Positions 26,698-34,402 of a stretch of 34,855 nt of DNA are shown here, in pieces (position 1 is the stretch's first letter; each line of letters starts with the position of its first letter). Position numbers and translations under genes: made by a program. Source of the stretch: Rubrobacteraceae bacterium (GTDB lineage: Bacteria; Actinomycetota; Rubrobacteria; Rubrobacterales; Rubrobacteraceae); contig DASZKL010000277.1 in NCBI GenBank assembly GCA_035947015.1, forward strand, positions 1 through 34,855, given 5' to 3'. A model generated the notes under the pieces. That model did not search any database. It saw only the letters and a list, made by a program, of their open reading frames with translations, and had not been told where the DNA came from.

Positions 26698-27232
26698 CGT
26701 AGGTGATGAGCGATATGACTTCGTATGGAGCGAGACGGGCGCGACCACTCAGGTAGGAGAGCTCTATGAGGAAGGCGACGCCGGCAACGACGCCGCCGGC
26801 GTTCTCGACGAGATCGCACATGGCCCTTGCGGTTCCGCCGGTAGCGAGCAGGTCGTCAGCGACGAGGACGCGGGTACCGCGCGGGATGGCATCGACGTGG
26901 GCTTCCAGGGAGTCGGTTCCGTACTCGAGCTCGTAGGTGGCAGAGATGGTCTCGCGGGGGAGCTTGTTAGGCTTGCGGGCGAGGATCAGGCCCTTGCGGG
27001 CGCGGTAAGCCAGAGCGGTGCCGAGCACGAAGCCCCGTGCCTCGGCGGAGAGGATACGGTCATAGTCGAGGCCGTAGGTGGCGAGGGCGAGCGCGTCAAC
27101 GGCGGCGTGAAGGGCTTCCCCGTTCTCTATAAGGGGGGTGATGTCCTTGAAGGAGATACCGGGGCTTGGGAAGTCGGGGACGGTGCGGATGTTGCGCTCG
27201 AGGTCGCGGATAATCTCGCGGGTGCGATCCAC
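26681..27232 (-). CDS. apt: Adenine phosphoribosyltransferase
   Basis: ..IRTVPDFPSPGISFKDITPL.. and PRPP-binding motif VLVADDLLATGGTA. GTG start. Confidence 0.93.
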   Translation of the reverse strand: MDRTREIIRDLERNIRTVPDFPSPGISFKDITPLIENGEALHAAVDALALATYGLDYDRILSAEARGFVLGTALAYRARKGLILARKPNKLPRETISATYELEYGTDSLEAHVDAIPRGTRVLVADDLLATGGTARAMCDLVENAGGVVAGVAFLIELSYLSGRARLAPYEVISLITYDDPAQ

Positions 27233-27241
27233 GCTCGTCCT

Positions 27242-27943
27242 CTAAGGGGCGAAGGTCTCGATGACGTTGGCCATCATCAGCTCCTTCATGCGCGAGTCCA
27301 CGGCGGCAAGGTGGCGCGCCTTGTTCATCGCGTCGGCGACGCGCTGCTCGTCTCCGCTGCGGAGCTCGGGGTTGAGAATCTGCTTGAACATAGCGGCCTC
27401 GCGGTCTACGGCGGCCATGATGCCGCGCAGGTGGCGAGGCTGGATCGCGTACCTGGCCATCTCGAGGGCGAGGCGGGCAATCTCTGCGTCTCTTTGGGTC
27501 AGCTCGCCGGTGCGGCCGATAACGCCGACGGCTACGAGATCGTCCACGAAACGCGACTCGGTCTCCAGGACGTCGGCGAGTTCCTCGCGGGTGTAGGTCC
27601 TGTCTTCGAGGACCCGCGAGAGCTCGCCGGAGGAGGAATCCCTGGTAGTGACGGGAGCGCCGCCCTCGATCCGCTTCTTGATGACCTTGAGAGGCAGATA
27701 CTCCTTGTCCTGGAGCGTCAGGATGTACCTCAGGAGCTCGATGTCCTGGTTGGAGAAGAGCCTGTAGCCGCCGCGGGTGCGGCTCAGGTTGATCAAGCGC
27801 CGCCGCTCGAGGTAACGTATCTTGCTAACCGACAGGGTCGGAAACTCCGGCTTGAGGCGCGCGACGACCTCGCCAATCGTGTAGCTATCTTTGGTAGCGC
27901 CTTCGGTTATCGCCTCGCCGTCCCTGGTGCCGCCGTTCTCCAC
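27242..27943 (-). CDS. MerR-family transcriptional regulator (FtsR/Rv1828-like two-domain type)
   Basis: MerR HTH ..YTIGEVVARLKPEFPTLSVSKIRYLERRRLINLSRTRGGYRLFSNQDIELLRYIL.. plus a second helical domain. It lies directly downstream of an FHA gene, as in the actinobacterial garA-ftsR neighbourhood. Confidence 0.8.
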   Translation of the reverse strand: MENGGTRDGEAITEGATKDSYTIGEVVARLKPEFPTLSVSKIRYLERRRLINLSRTRGGYRLFSNQDIELLRYILTLQDKEYLPLKVIKKRIEGGAPVTTRDSSSGELSRVLEDRTYTREELADVLETESRFVDDLVAVGVIGRTGELTQRDAEIARLALEMARYAIQPRHLRGIMAAVDREAAMFKQILNPELRSGDEQRVADAMNKARHLAAVDSRMKELMMANVIETFAP

Positions 27944-27985
27944 TAGCCCTCACCCCTATCCTCTCGATGTGTGTCCGCCGATGTT

Positions 27986-28438
27986 CTAGGCGAACACGAA
28001 CTTGAACCGATACTTGCCAATCTGGATCTCGTCGCCGTTGCGCAGATCGACCGCATCCACCCTCACCCGGTTGACGTAGGTCCCGTTGAGACTCCCGACG
28101 TCGCGTATCCTGTAGCCATGGTCGCCGCGCTCGATCTCTGCGTGCTTCCTGGAGACGGTGACGTCGTCGAGGAATATGTCGCTCTCGGGGCCGCGCCCTA
28201 CGGTGATTGTCTCCTCCCCGATGTCGTGCATCCGCCTGCCCGCGGTGCCCTCAACCTGGTCGAGCTCTATGAGCGACGCCCCATCGCTTGCGACCGCCGG
28301 AGGTGCCTCATCCCCCTCCTCTTCGAAGGCAGGTGCGTACGAAGCCGTGGTCTGCCCCTGATCCAACTTCGTCCCGCACTCGGAGCAGAACTTCATCGTC
28401 GGGGTGACCTCGGCGCCGCAATTGGGACAGACTTTCAC
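27986..28438 (-). CDS. Zinc-ribbon plus FHA-domain protein
   Basis: N-terminal CPNCG..x11..CSECG zinc ribbon. C-terminal FHA domain (..TVGRGPESDIFLDDVTVSRKHAEIERGDHGYRIRDVGSLNGTYVN..). GTG start overlaps the upstream stop (GTGA). Confidence 0.88.
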   Translation of the reverse strand: MKVCPNCGAEVTPTMKFCSECGTKLDQGQTTASYAPAFEEEGDEAPPAVASDGASLIELDQVEGTAGRRMHDIGEETITVGRGPESDIFLDDVTVSRKHAEIERGDHGYRIRDVGSLNGTYVNRVRVDAVDLRNGDEIQIGKYRFKFVFA

Positions 28439-28695
28439 TGGCCTCCCTCTTCGCCCAGCAACACGCGCGCCAGCTCCTCTGGCGAGAGGGCGACCGAGCC
28501 CCGGCGGACGAGTTCGGCCCGCATGAGGTTTATCCTGCCTCGCAGAAGCTCCCTCCTGTAGCTCACGGCCCGCTCCTCCTCCACCAATCCCCCGAGCGTG
28601 TCTCTGAGCTCCTCCTCGGACAGAGCGGTGAGGTCCTCGGCGCTCTCCCAGTCGAAGCTACCAGTCTCCCCCCTCGTCCCGCCGTGCTCACTCAT
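28435..28695 (-). CDS. Small acidic coiled-coil protein, possibly RsiG-family-like
   Basis: An 86-88 aa helical protein (..LSEEELRDTLGGLVEEERAVSYRRELLRGRINLMRAELVRRG..). It contains E-x3-S-x2-R-x3-R-x3-N, resembling the RsiG c-di-GMP motif E-x3-S-x2-R-x3-Q-x3-D. ATG 28695 is preferred over TTG 28701 because a TATACT -10 ends 7 nt upstream of the ATG. Confidence 0.6.
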   Translation of the reverse strand: MSEHGGTRGETGSFDWESAEDLTALSEEELRDTLGGLVEEERAVSYRRELLRGRINLMRAELVRRGSVALSPEELARVLLGEEGGQ

Positions 28696-28702
28696 AAGCA
28701 AG

Positions 28703-28749
28703 AGTATAGCTTCGCGTGAACCTGAAGTACAGTCTTAGATGACTATACT
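28703..28749 (-). promoter_or_regulatory. Intergenic inverted repeat with an embedded -10-like TATACT (possible leaderless promoter for the small ORF)
   Basis: The minus strand reads ..gcTATACTcttgcttATG. The -10 (plus-strand coordinates 28703-28708) is 7 nt from the ATG and there is no Shine-Dalgarno. Arms AGTATAG (28703-28709) and CTATACT (28743-28749) form a 7-bp inverted repeat across the whole intergenic gap. The -35 is weak (TGTACT). Confidence 0.3.
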
Positions 28750-31257
28750 TTAATCTTGGCCGTCTATGAGGGACCGGACGAGCTCGACGTACTCGCCCAT
28801 GAGCTCTCTGGGGCGCACGCCGTCGTCTCCATCGGGCTCCGCGTAGACGTAGAACAGCGGGTTATCTGGGTCAGGGAGCATCAGGATCCAGCCACCCTCG
28901 ACGTTCAGCTTGACGCCGTCGGTCAGGATGGCGTCCGGGTCGCCGCCGAACCTCTCGGCCAGGCCCCGCATCACGCGGCCCTTTGCCGCCCACGGGCACT
29001 CGAGCCGCTCGCGTGCGACGTTGCCGAAGCTCGCTCCGAACTTCTCGCGCGTACGCGAGAGGGGCTCGTCCCGGAAGGCTTCGAGGGCGCGGGCCAGGGT
29101 CATGAAGCAGTCGGGGGCAGGGAGGAAGGTCGGGAAGATGTAACGCCCATCGCCGAGGCCGGCAAGGTCGGCGCTAGCTCCCGCGGCCTTTATGGCGACG
29201 TTTCCAAGGCCGGTGCGGCTCGTCTCGACGGTGCCACCGCCCTCCTCGACCAACTCGGCGTAACCGTGGCTGAGGTTGACCGGGAGCACAGCCTTTTGCG
29301 GATGCAGCCGATCCATCAGACATGCGAGCATCACGTCCGGGGGGACGAACTCGCCGCGATCATCCACGAACTGAACATCCTCTCCCTTGGGCCCAACGAC
29401 GCATCCGAAGGCCGCCTCTACCGTAGGTACTATGCGCCTGACCCTCTCGAGGCTCTCCTCCAGGTTCAACCTCGCACCGTCGCCGGCGACGTTCGCGTTC
29501 GCAAAGCCCTCCATGACGACGGCGTTAATGCCGAGCCTGGAGAATACGCGGCTCGCCACCAAGCTAGCCACGCCGCCGGAGAAGTCCACGACCACAGTGG
29601 CTCCGGAGACCTTCTCGCGGTTCGCGGCGCGCTCGAGGCGCTCCACGTACTGCTCGACGGCACGGCCGGGGAAGATCAGCTCCCCCACGTCCCCTGCGTA
29701 GGCGCGCCTGTACTCCTCGCGCACGAAGTACTTCTCGACACCGCGCTGGTCGGATTCGGTCATGGGGGTCGCGTCGGCGGCGAAGAACAGTATCTCCACG
29801 TCGTCAGGGTCCTCGCCCGCGCGCACGTGGGCCCCGGCGGAGGACTTGCCCGCAAGCACGTCGTGTCGCACCACGCCCGCGTGAGCCGCCCTTAGGTCGC
29901 GGACGTTCACGCCGGTACCCAGAATGGCTGCGGTCATGGCTCTCTTGGCGACCAAGGCTGAGGAGGATGAGTCGCGCCCCAGTGTGACCACCGCGCCCGG
30001 ATCCAGCGTGGTACCGAAGGAGGATGCCAAGCGAATGACGAACTCGGGTGTAAGGTCCACGTTGAACTTCCCGGTCACGATGCCGCCCTTGAAGACGGTG
30101 CGAAGTCCCATAGTCTCGTAGATCAGGGACTGCGTGATGTTCGCCCCGCTCTCTATGGTCTTGTGCGGGTAGACCTTGACCTCCGGGGAGATCGTCGCCC
30201 CCTCGCCGACTATGACGTCGTCGCCCAAAGAGCTGCGCTCCAGGATGCGCGCGCGGGCCTGGACGTAGGAGTTGCGCCCGACGAGGGTGTCGATGAGCTC
30301 CGCACCCTCGCCGATGTAGGTACCCTCTGCGACGATGCTGCGCTCGAGGGTGGCCCCTGCCGAGACGACCACGTTGCTACCGATGACGGTGTAGGGGCTG
30401 ATCTTGGCCCCCTCGTATATCCGCACGTTGTCGCCGATGACGACGGGTCCTTCTAAGTCCTCGTCATCGACCTGCGCTCGCCTCCCGACGTAGATGTTCT
30501 CCCGAAGTCTCGTCCCCGGCGGCCTCACCCCCTGCACCCTCCCGTCAAGGACGTCGCGCTGGGCCGAGGCGTACTGCTCTAAGGTGCCAATGTCCTCCCA
30601 GTAGGCGTCCGTCACGAAGCCGTAGATGGGCCTGCCCATGTCCAGCAGCTTCGGGAAGAGATCCTTGGAGAAGTCGTACTCTCCCTCCTCGGGGTCTGGC
30701 ATCTCGTCCATCACGGAGGGCTCGAGCAAGTATATTCCGGTGTTGACGGTGTCGGAGAAGACCTGGCCCCAGGCCGGCTTCTCCAGAAAGCGCGAGATAC
30801 GCCCGTCCTCCTCGGTGATGACTATCCCGAAGTCCAACGGGTTCTCGACGCTCTTCAAGACCATCGTGGCCTCCGCGCCCATCTCCTCGTGGAAGCTCAC
30901 GACCCGCGAGAGGTCCGCGTCGGTTAGGGCGTCACCGCTGATAATCAAGAGACGCTCGCCATGGAGATCGAGCTGCTGCTCGGCCATCTTTACCGAGCCT
31001 GCAGTGCCGGCCGGGGCGTCCTCTATCGAGTAGCGCATGTTCACACCCCAGTCGGAGCCGTCGCCGAAGTAGTCCTGTATCTCATCCGGCATGAACTGCA
31101 GAGTCACGCCGATGTCGGTGAAGCCGTGGCGCGCGAGGAGGTTTACGATGTGCTCCATGCACGGCAGGTTGGCTATCCGTATCATGGGCTTGGGCTGGTT
31201 GCTTGTCAGCGGCCTCAGGCGGGTCCCCTGCCCGCCGGCCATGATGATCGCCTTCAT
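28750..31257 (-). CDS. Sugar-1-phosphate nucleotidyltransferase (GlmU/ManC-like, with left-handed beta-helix) fused to a PGM/PMM-like domain lacking catalytic motifs
   Basis: N-terminus MKAIIMAGGQGTRLRPLTSNQPKPM (intact NTP-transferase signature), followed by hexapeptide repeats. The C-terminal 450 aa or so align by eye to the four PGM/PMM domains, but TASHNP is RAGEDP, DGDADR is GPKGED, GEESGH is GDGRYI and RPSGTEP is LPDPDNP. Confidence 0.85.
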   Translation of the reverse strand: MKAIIMAGGQGTRLRPLTSNQPKPMIRIANLPCMEHIVNLLARHGFTDIGVTLQFMPDEIQDYFGDGSDWGVNMRYSIEDAPAGTAGSVKMAEQQLDLHGERLLIISGDALTDADLSRVVSFHEEMGAEATMVLKSVENPLDFGIVITEEDGRISRFLEKPAWGQVFSDTVNTGIYLLEPSVMDEMPDPEEGEYDFSKDLFPKLLDMGRPIYGFVTDAYWEDIGTLEQYASAQRDVLDGRVQGVRPPGTRLRENIYVGRRAQVDDEDLEGPVVIGDNVRIYEGAKISPYTVIGSNVVVSAGATLERSIVAEGTYIGEGAELIDTLVGRNSYVQARARILERSSLGDDVIVGEGATISPEVKVYPHKTIESGANITQSLIYETMGLRTVFKGGIVTGKFNVDLTPEFVIRLASSFGTTLDPGAVVTLGRDSSSSALVAKRAMTAAILGTGVNVRDLRAAHAGVVRHDVLAGKSSAGAHVRAGEDPDDVEILFFAADATPMTESDQRGVEKYFVREEYRRAYAGDVGELIFPGRAVEQYVERLERAANREKVSGATVVVDFSGGVASLVASRVFSRLGINAVVMEGFANANVAGDGARLNLEESLERVRRIVPTVEAAFGCVVGPKGEDVQFVDDRGEFVPPDVMLACLMDRLHPQKAVLPVNLSHGYAELVEEGGGTVETSRTGLGNVAIKAAGASADLAGLGDGRYIFPTFLPAPDCFMTLARALEAFRDEPLSRTREKFGASFGNVARERLECPWAAKGRVMRGLAERFGGDPDAILTDGVKLNVEGGWILMLPDPDNPLFYVYAEPDGDDGVRPRELMGEYVELVRSLIDGQD

Positions 31258-31808
31258 CTAGCCTCACCTCCGCCCACGATGCGCCGCACACTCCCAACGT
31301 ACATGAGCCCCGCCACAATGGAGAGCCCGAAACCCGCATAGAACATGATCTCTCCCACCACCGTCCCCGGCATTACCACGACGAGGGCCACTGCGCCCAT
31401 CAGCACGGCCGTCGCCGCCTTGCCTACCCGATTGACCCGAATCTTACTCCCCACCACGAGGCTTCCGAGGAGCGCCAGGAGGTCCCGTCCGACGAGTACG
31501 GCGACGGCCCAGGCCGGCAGGAGCCCCCTTATGGCGAGCACCACCGCAACGCTCGAGAGCATGAGCCGATCCGCCAGCGGGTCGAGGATCTGACCGAGCC
31601 GGGTCGGCCCGGCCCGGCGCGCAAGCCTCCCGTCGAGGAAGTCGGTTGCGGCCGCCAGCACGAAGAACGCCGCCCCGAGTACGTCCTCGCGAGCGAGCAG
31701 CAGCGCCACCACGACCGGAACCATGAAGAGGCGCGCGAGTGAGAGGGCGTTGGGCACGGTGAATACCCGATCTCCAAGGCCTCCTCGTACGTCCTCCGGT
31801 CGCCTCAT
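31254..31808 (-). CDS. CDP-alcohol phosphatidyltransferase (PgsA / actinobacterial eukaryote-type cardiolipin synthase-like)
   Basis: Signature D-x2-DG-x2-AR-x8-G-x3-D-x3-D in ..ATDFLDGRLARRAGPTRLGQILDPLADRL.. Multiple TM helices. Its stop overlaps the downstream gene start by 4 nt. Confidence 0.88.
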   Translation of the reverse strand: MRRPEDVRGGLGDRVFTVPNALSLARLFMVPVVVALLLAREDVLGAAFFVLAAATDFLDGRLARRAGPTRLGQILDPLADRLMLSSVAVVLAIRGLLPAWAVAVLVGRDLLALLGSLVVGSKIRVNRVGKAATAVLMGAVALVVVMPGTVVGEIMFYAGFGLSIVAGLMYVGSVRRIVGGGEAR

Positions 31809-31812
31809 CCCT

Positions 31813-33108
31813 CTAACGGCTGCTCTTAACCCTCATCCTTACGCTCACCCCCCACAGATCATACCGCTCCCGCAGCGCGTTCTCCACGTAGCGCAGGTAC
31901 GATTCGGGGACGACCTTTGGCCTGGTGGCGAAGAGGGTAAACCTGGGGGGCGCCACTCCGGTCTGGGTCGCGTAGCGTATCTTGACCCCTCTGGGCGGCG
32001 CGCTGCGGGCAACGAGCTCGCTGATGAACTCCGCGACCTCGTGGGTGGGGAGGCGCCGGTGATACGCCCGGTGTATGCCGGCGGCGAAAGGCAGCACCTT
32101 CTCTACACCGGCGCCGGTGAGCGCAGAGACGGAGATCGCCCGCGGCTTGAGGTCGGTCATCCGCGCCCCGACGACATCCCCTATCTCTTGGAGCCTCTCG
32201 GGCCCTACGAGGTCGCGCTTGTTGATCACCACCCCACACGAAGAACCAGCCTCCTCTATCTGGCGCGCGATCCGCAAGTCCCCCGCAACGAGACCCTCCA
32301 CCGCATCAACGACGAGCAGCGATACATCGGAACGCCGGATTGCCTCAACCGTCCTTAGAGACGAATAGTACGGCACGCCCCTCGCTTGCCTCACGTTCTT
32401 GCCCATCCCAGCGGTATCCAGCAGGAGGTATCGCTGCGCTCCACCCTCTACTTCCCCGGCAACGGCGTCGGTGGTGGTGCCGGGCACCTCCGAGACGACC
32501 GCTCGCTCGGAGCCCAGCAGACGGTTCATGAGCGTGCTCTTCCCCACGTTGGGCCTCCCAACGATGGCCAGCCGCGGCAACCCATCCTCCTCCACAGGCT
32601 CCGACGCAGGAAGCAGCGACACAACGACGTCGAGCAGGTCCCCCACACCTATGCCGTGCAGCGCGGAGATGGCATGAGGCTCACCCTCACCTAGAGAGTA
32701 AAACCTATAGCGGTCGGCATCATCGGCGGGGTTATCGAGCTTATTGACGGCGAGGACGACCTTGAGATCCGGCGCCTTGCGAAGTTCGCGCGCTATCGCG
32801 GCGTCGGCCTCCGTGGGACCCACCCTGGCGTCTGCGAGGTGGACGACCACGTCCGCCTCCTGCACCGCGACCCTCGCCTGCAGCGTGACGAGCGCCTCGA
32901 GTCCGACCCGAGCTCTAGGTTCCATCCCGCCGGTGTCAACCAGAGTGAACTCTTTGCCAGCCCACTCTGCGCGGCTGTAGCCCCGGTCTCTCGTCGTCCC
33001 CGGCTCCTCCGAGACCACCGCCCCGCGGCGCCTGAGGATACGATTCACCAGGGAGCTCTTGCCCACGTTGGGGGCACCCACTATCGCCACCACAGGGATC
33101 TGGCCCAC
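31813..33108 (-). CDS. der: Ribosome-associated GTPase Der (EngA)
   Basis: Two tandem G domains (GAPNVGKSSLVNRI; GRPNVGKSTLMNRL) plus a KH-like C-terminus. GTG 33108 lies 1 nt after the plsC stop. ORF-track start 33156 would overlap plsC. Confidence 0.93.
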   Translation of the reverse strand: MGQIPVVAIVGAPNVGKSSLVNRILRRRGAVVSEEPGTTRDRGYSRAEWAGKEFTLVDTGGMEPRARVGLEALVTLQARVAVQEADVVVHLADARVGPTEADAAIARELRKAPDLKVVLAVNKLDNPADDADRYRFYSLGEGEPHAISALHGIGVGDLLDVVVSLLPASEPVEEDGLPRLAIVGRPNVGKSTLMNRLLGSERAVVSEVPGTTTDAVAGEVEGGAQRYLLLDTAGMGKNVRQARGVPYYSSLRTVEAIRRSDVSLLVVDAVEGLVAGDLRIARQIEEAGSSCGVVINKRDLVGPERLQEIGDVVGARMTDLKPRAISVSALTGAGVEKVLPFAAGIHRAYHRRLPTHEVAEFISELVARSAPPRGVKIRYATQTGVAPPRFTLFATRPKVVPESYLRYVENALRERYDLWGVSVRMRVKSSR

Positions 33109-33109
33109 T

Positions 33110-33742
33110 CTAGGCTCGTTTCTCGGGCAGCGCGTAGATGGTGCGCAGTATCTCATCGGCTAAGAGCCGGTAGCCCTTCCCGCCCTTGGTCGTGTTATCG
33201 ACCGTCGTCGGCTCGCCGATATAGACGCGGAACTTCTCCCCGCGCAGCCTCGCGGCGGGGGTCGGGACCTTGTCCGCTAAGACGGGCAGGACCGGGGCGC
33301 CGCTGCGGGCGGCGAGTAATGCGGCCCCGCTCTTCGCCTCCACGGAGACGCCCTCCTTCCGACGGGTTCCCTCGGGGAAGATGCCCAGCGTGCGACCCTC
33401 TGCGAGAAACCCGAGGGCGGTGCGCAGGGCGGCGCGGCCACCGCCCTGCCGATCTACGGGGAAGGTGCCCAGAAAATAGAAGAGCCGCCCCCCGAGCGGG
33501 AAGTTGAACAGCTCCTTCTTCGCCATCCACCTGACACGCCTGGGGACGGCCATCGAGACGAAGACGGGATCGAAGAACCGGCGGTGGTTGGCGGCCACGA
33601 TCAGGGGCCCCTTCTCCGGCACCCTCTGGGTTCCGTGGACCTCGAACCCCAGGAAGATGGCACCCAAAGTGCGTAAAACCCACCGGAAGAGGCGGTATCT
33701 CGGGGACATGTCGTTGCGGCCCCAGCCCCTCAGGACAGACAA
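33110..33742 (-). CDS. plsC: 1-acyl-sn-glycerol-3-phosphate acyltransferase
   Basis: H-x4-D motif in ..VAANHRRFFDPVF.. and the FPEGTR motif. TTG 33742 is preceded by AAAGGGG. ATG 33709 is an alternative start. Confidence 0.88.
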   Translation of the reverse strand: MSVLRGWGRNDMSPRYRLFRWVLRTLGAIFLGFEVHGTQRVPEKGPLIVAANHRRFFDPVFVSMAVPRRVRWMAKKELFNFPLGGRLFYFLGTFPVDRQGGGRAALRTALGFLAEGRTLGIFPEGTRRKEGVSVEAKSGAALLAARSGAPVLPVLADKVPTPAARLRGEKFRVYIGEPTTVDNTTKGGKGYRLLADEILRTIYALPEKRA

Positions 33743-33745
33743 ACT

Positions 33746-34402
33746 CTACGCCCCTTTCTGGAGGCCGCGCGCGAGCTCCAGGACCCGCGAGCTGACCTCC
33801 TCCAGGCTCAAGGTGGTCGTATCGAGTATCACCGCATCCGCGGCAGGTCTGAGAGGGGAGGTCGTGCGTTCGGAGTCCTGGCGGTCACGCCTATTCATGG
33901 CCTCCCGGATACGGTCGAGCTCGGCCTCGCGCCCGGTCTGGTGCGCCCTCCTGCGCGCCCTCTCTTCGGGCGCTGCGGAGAGGAATATCTTGAGCTCCGC
34001 GTCGGGCAGGACGACCGTTCCGATGTCCCTGCCCTCGACGACCGCTCCCCCCTGCTCGCGGGCCCTACGGGCCGCCTCCCGCTGCACATCGAGGAGCACG
34101 GCCCTTACTTCGGGCTTCGCCGAGACCGTCGAGGCCGCCGCCGACACCTCCGGGGTGCGCAGCTCCTCCTCGGGGATAGCCGTGCCGTCGACACGCGCGC
34201 CCTCCCCGTCCAGCGAGACGCGCCCGGAGATTTCGGCCAGTGACGCCCCATCTTCGAGGTCGACGCCATCCCTGAGCGCAAGGAGTGCAACTGCCCGGTA
34301 TGCGGCCCCGGTGTTCAGGTCCACCACCCCGAGCTCCTCGGCCACCGTCCGCGCGACCGAGCTCTTGCCGCTCCCTGCCGGACCGTCTATAGCTACCAAC
34401 AC
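33746..34402 (-). CDS. cmk: Cytidylate kinase
   Basis: ..VAIDGPAGSGKSSVAR.. P-loop and ..EGRDIGTVVLPDA.. GTG start overlaps the aroA 3' end by 10 nt. Confidence 0.93.
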   Translation of the reverse strand: MLVAIDGPAGSGKSSVARTVAEELGVVDLNTGAAYRAVALLALRDGVDLEDGASLAEISGRVSLDGEGARVDGTAIPEEELRTPEVSAAASTVSAKPEVRAVLLDVQREAARRAREQGGAVVEGRDIGTVVLPDAELKIFLSAAPEERARRRAHQTGREAELDRIREAMNRRDRQDSERTTSPLRPAADAVILDTTTLSLEEVSSRVLELARGLQKGA

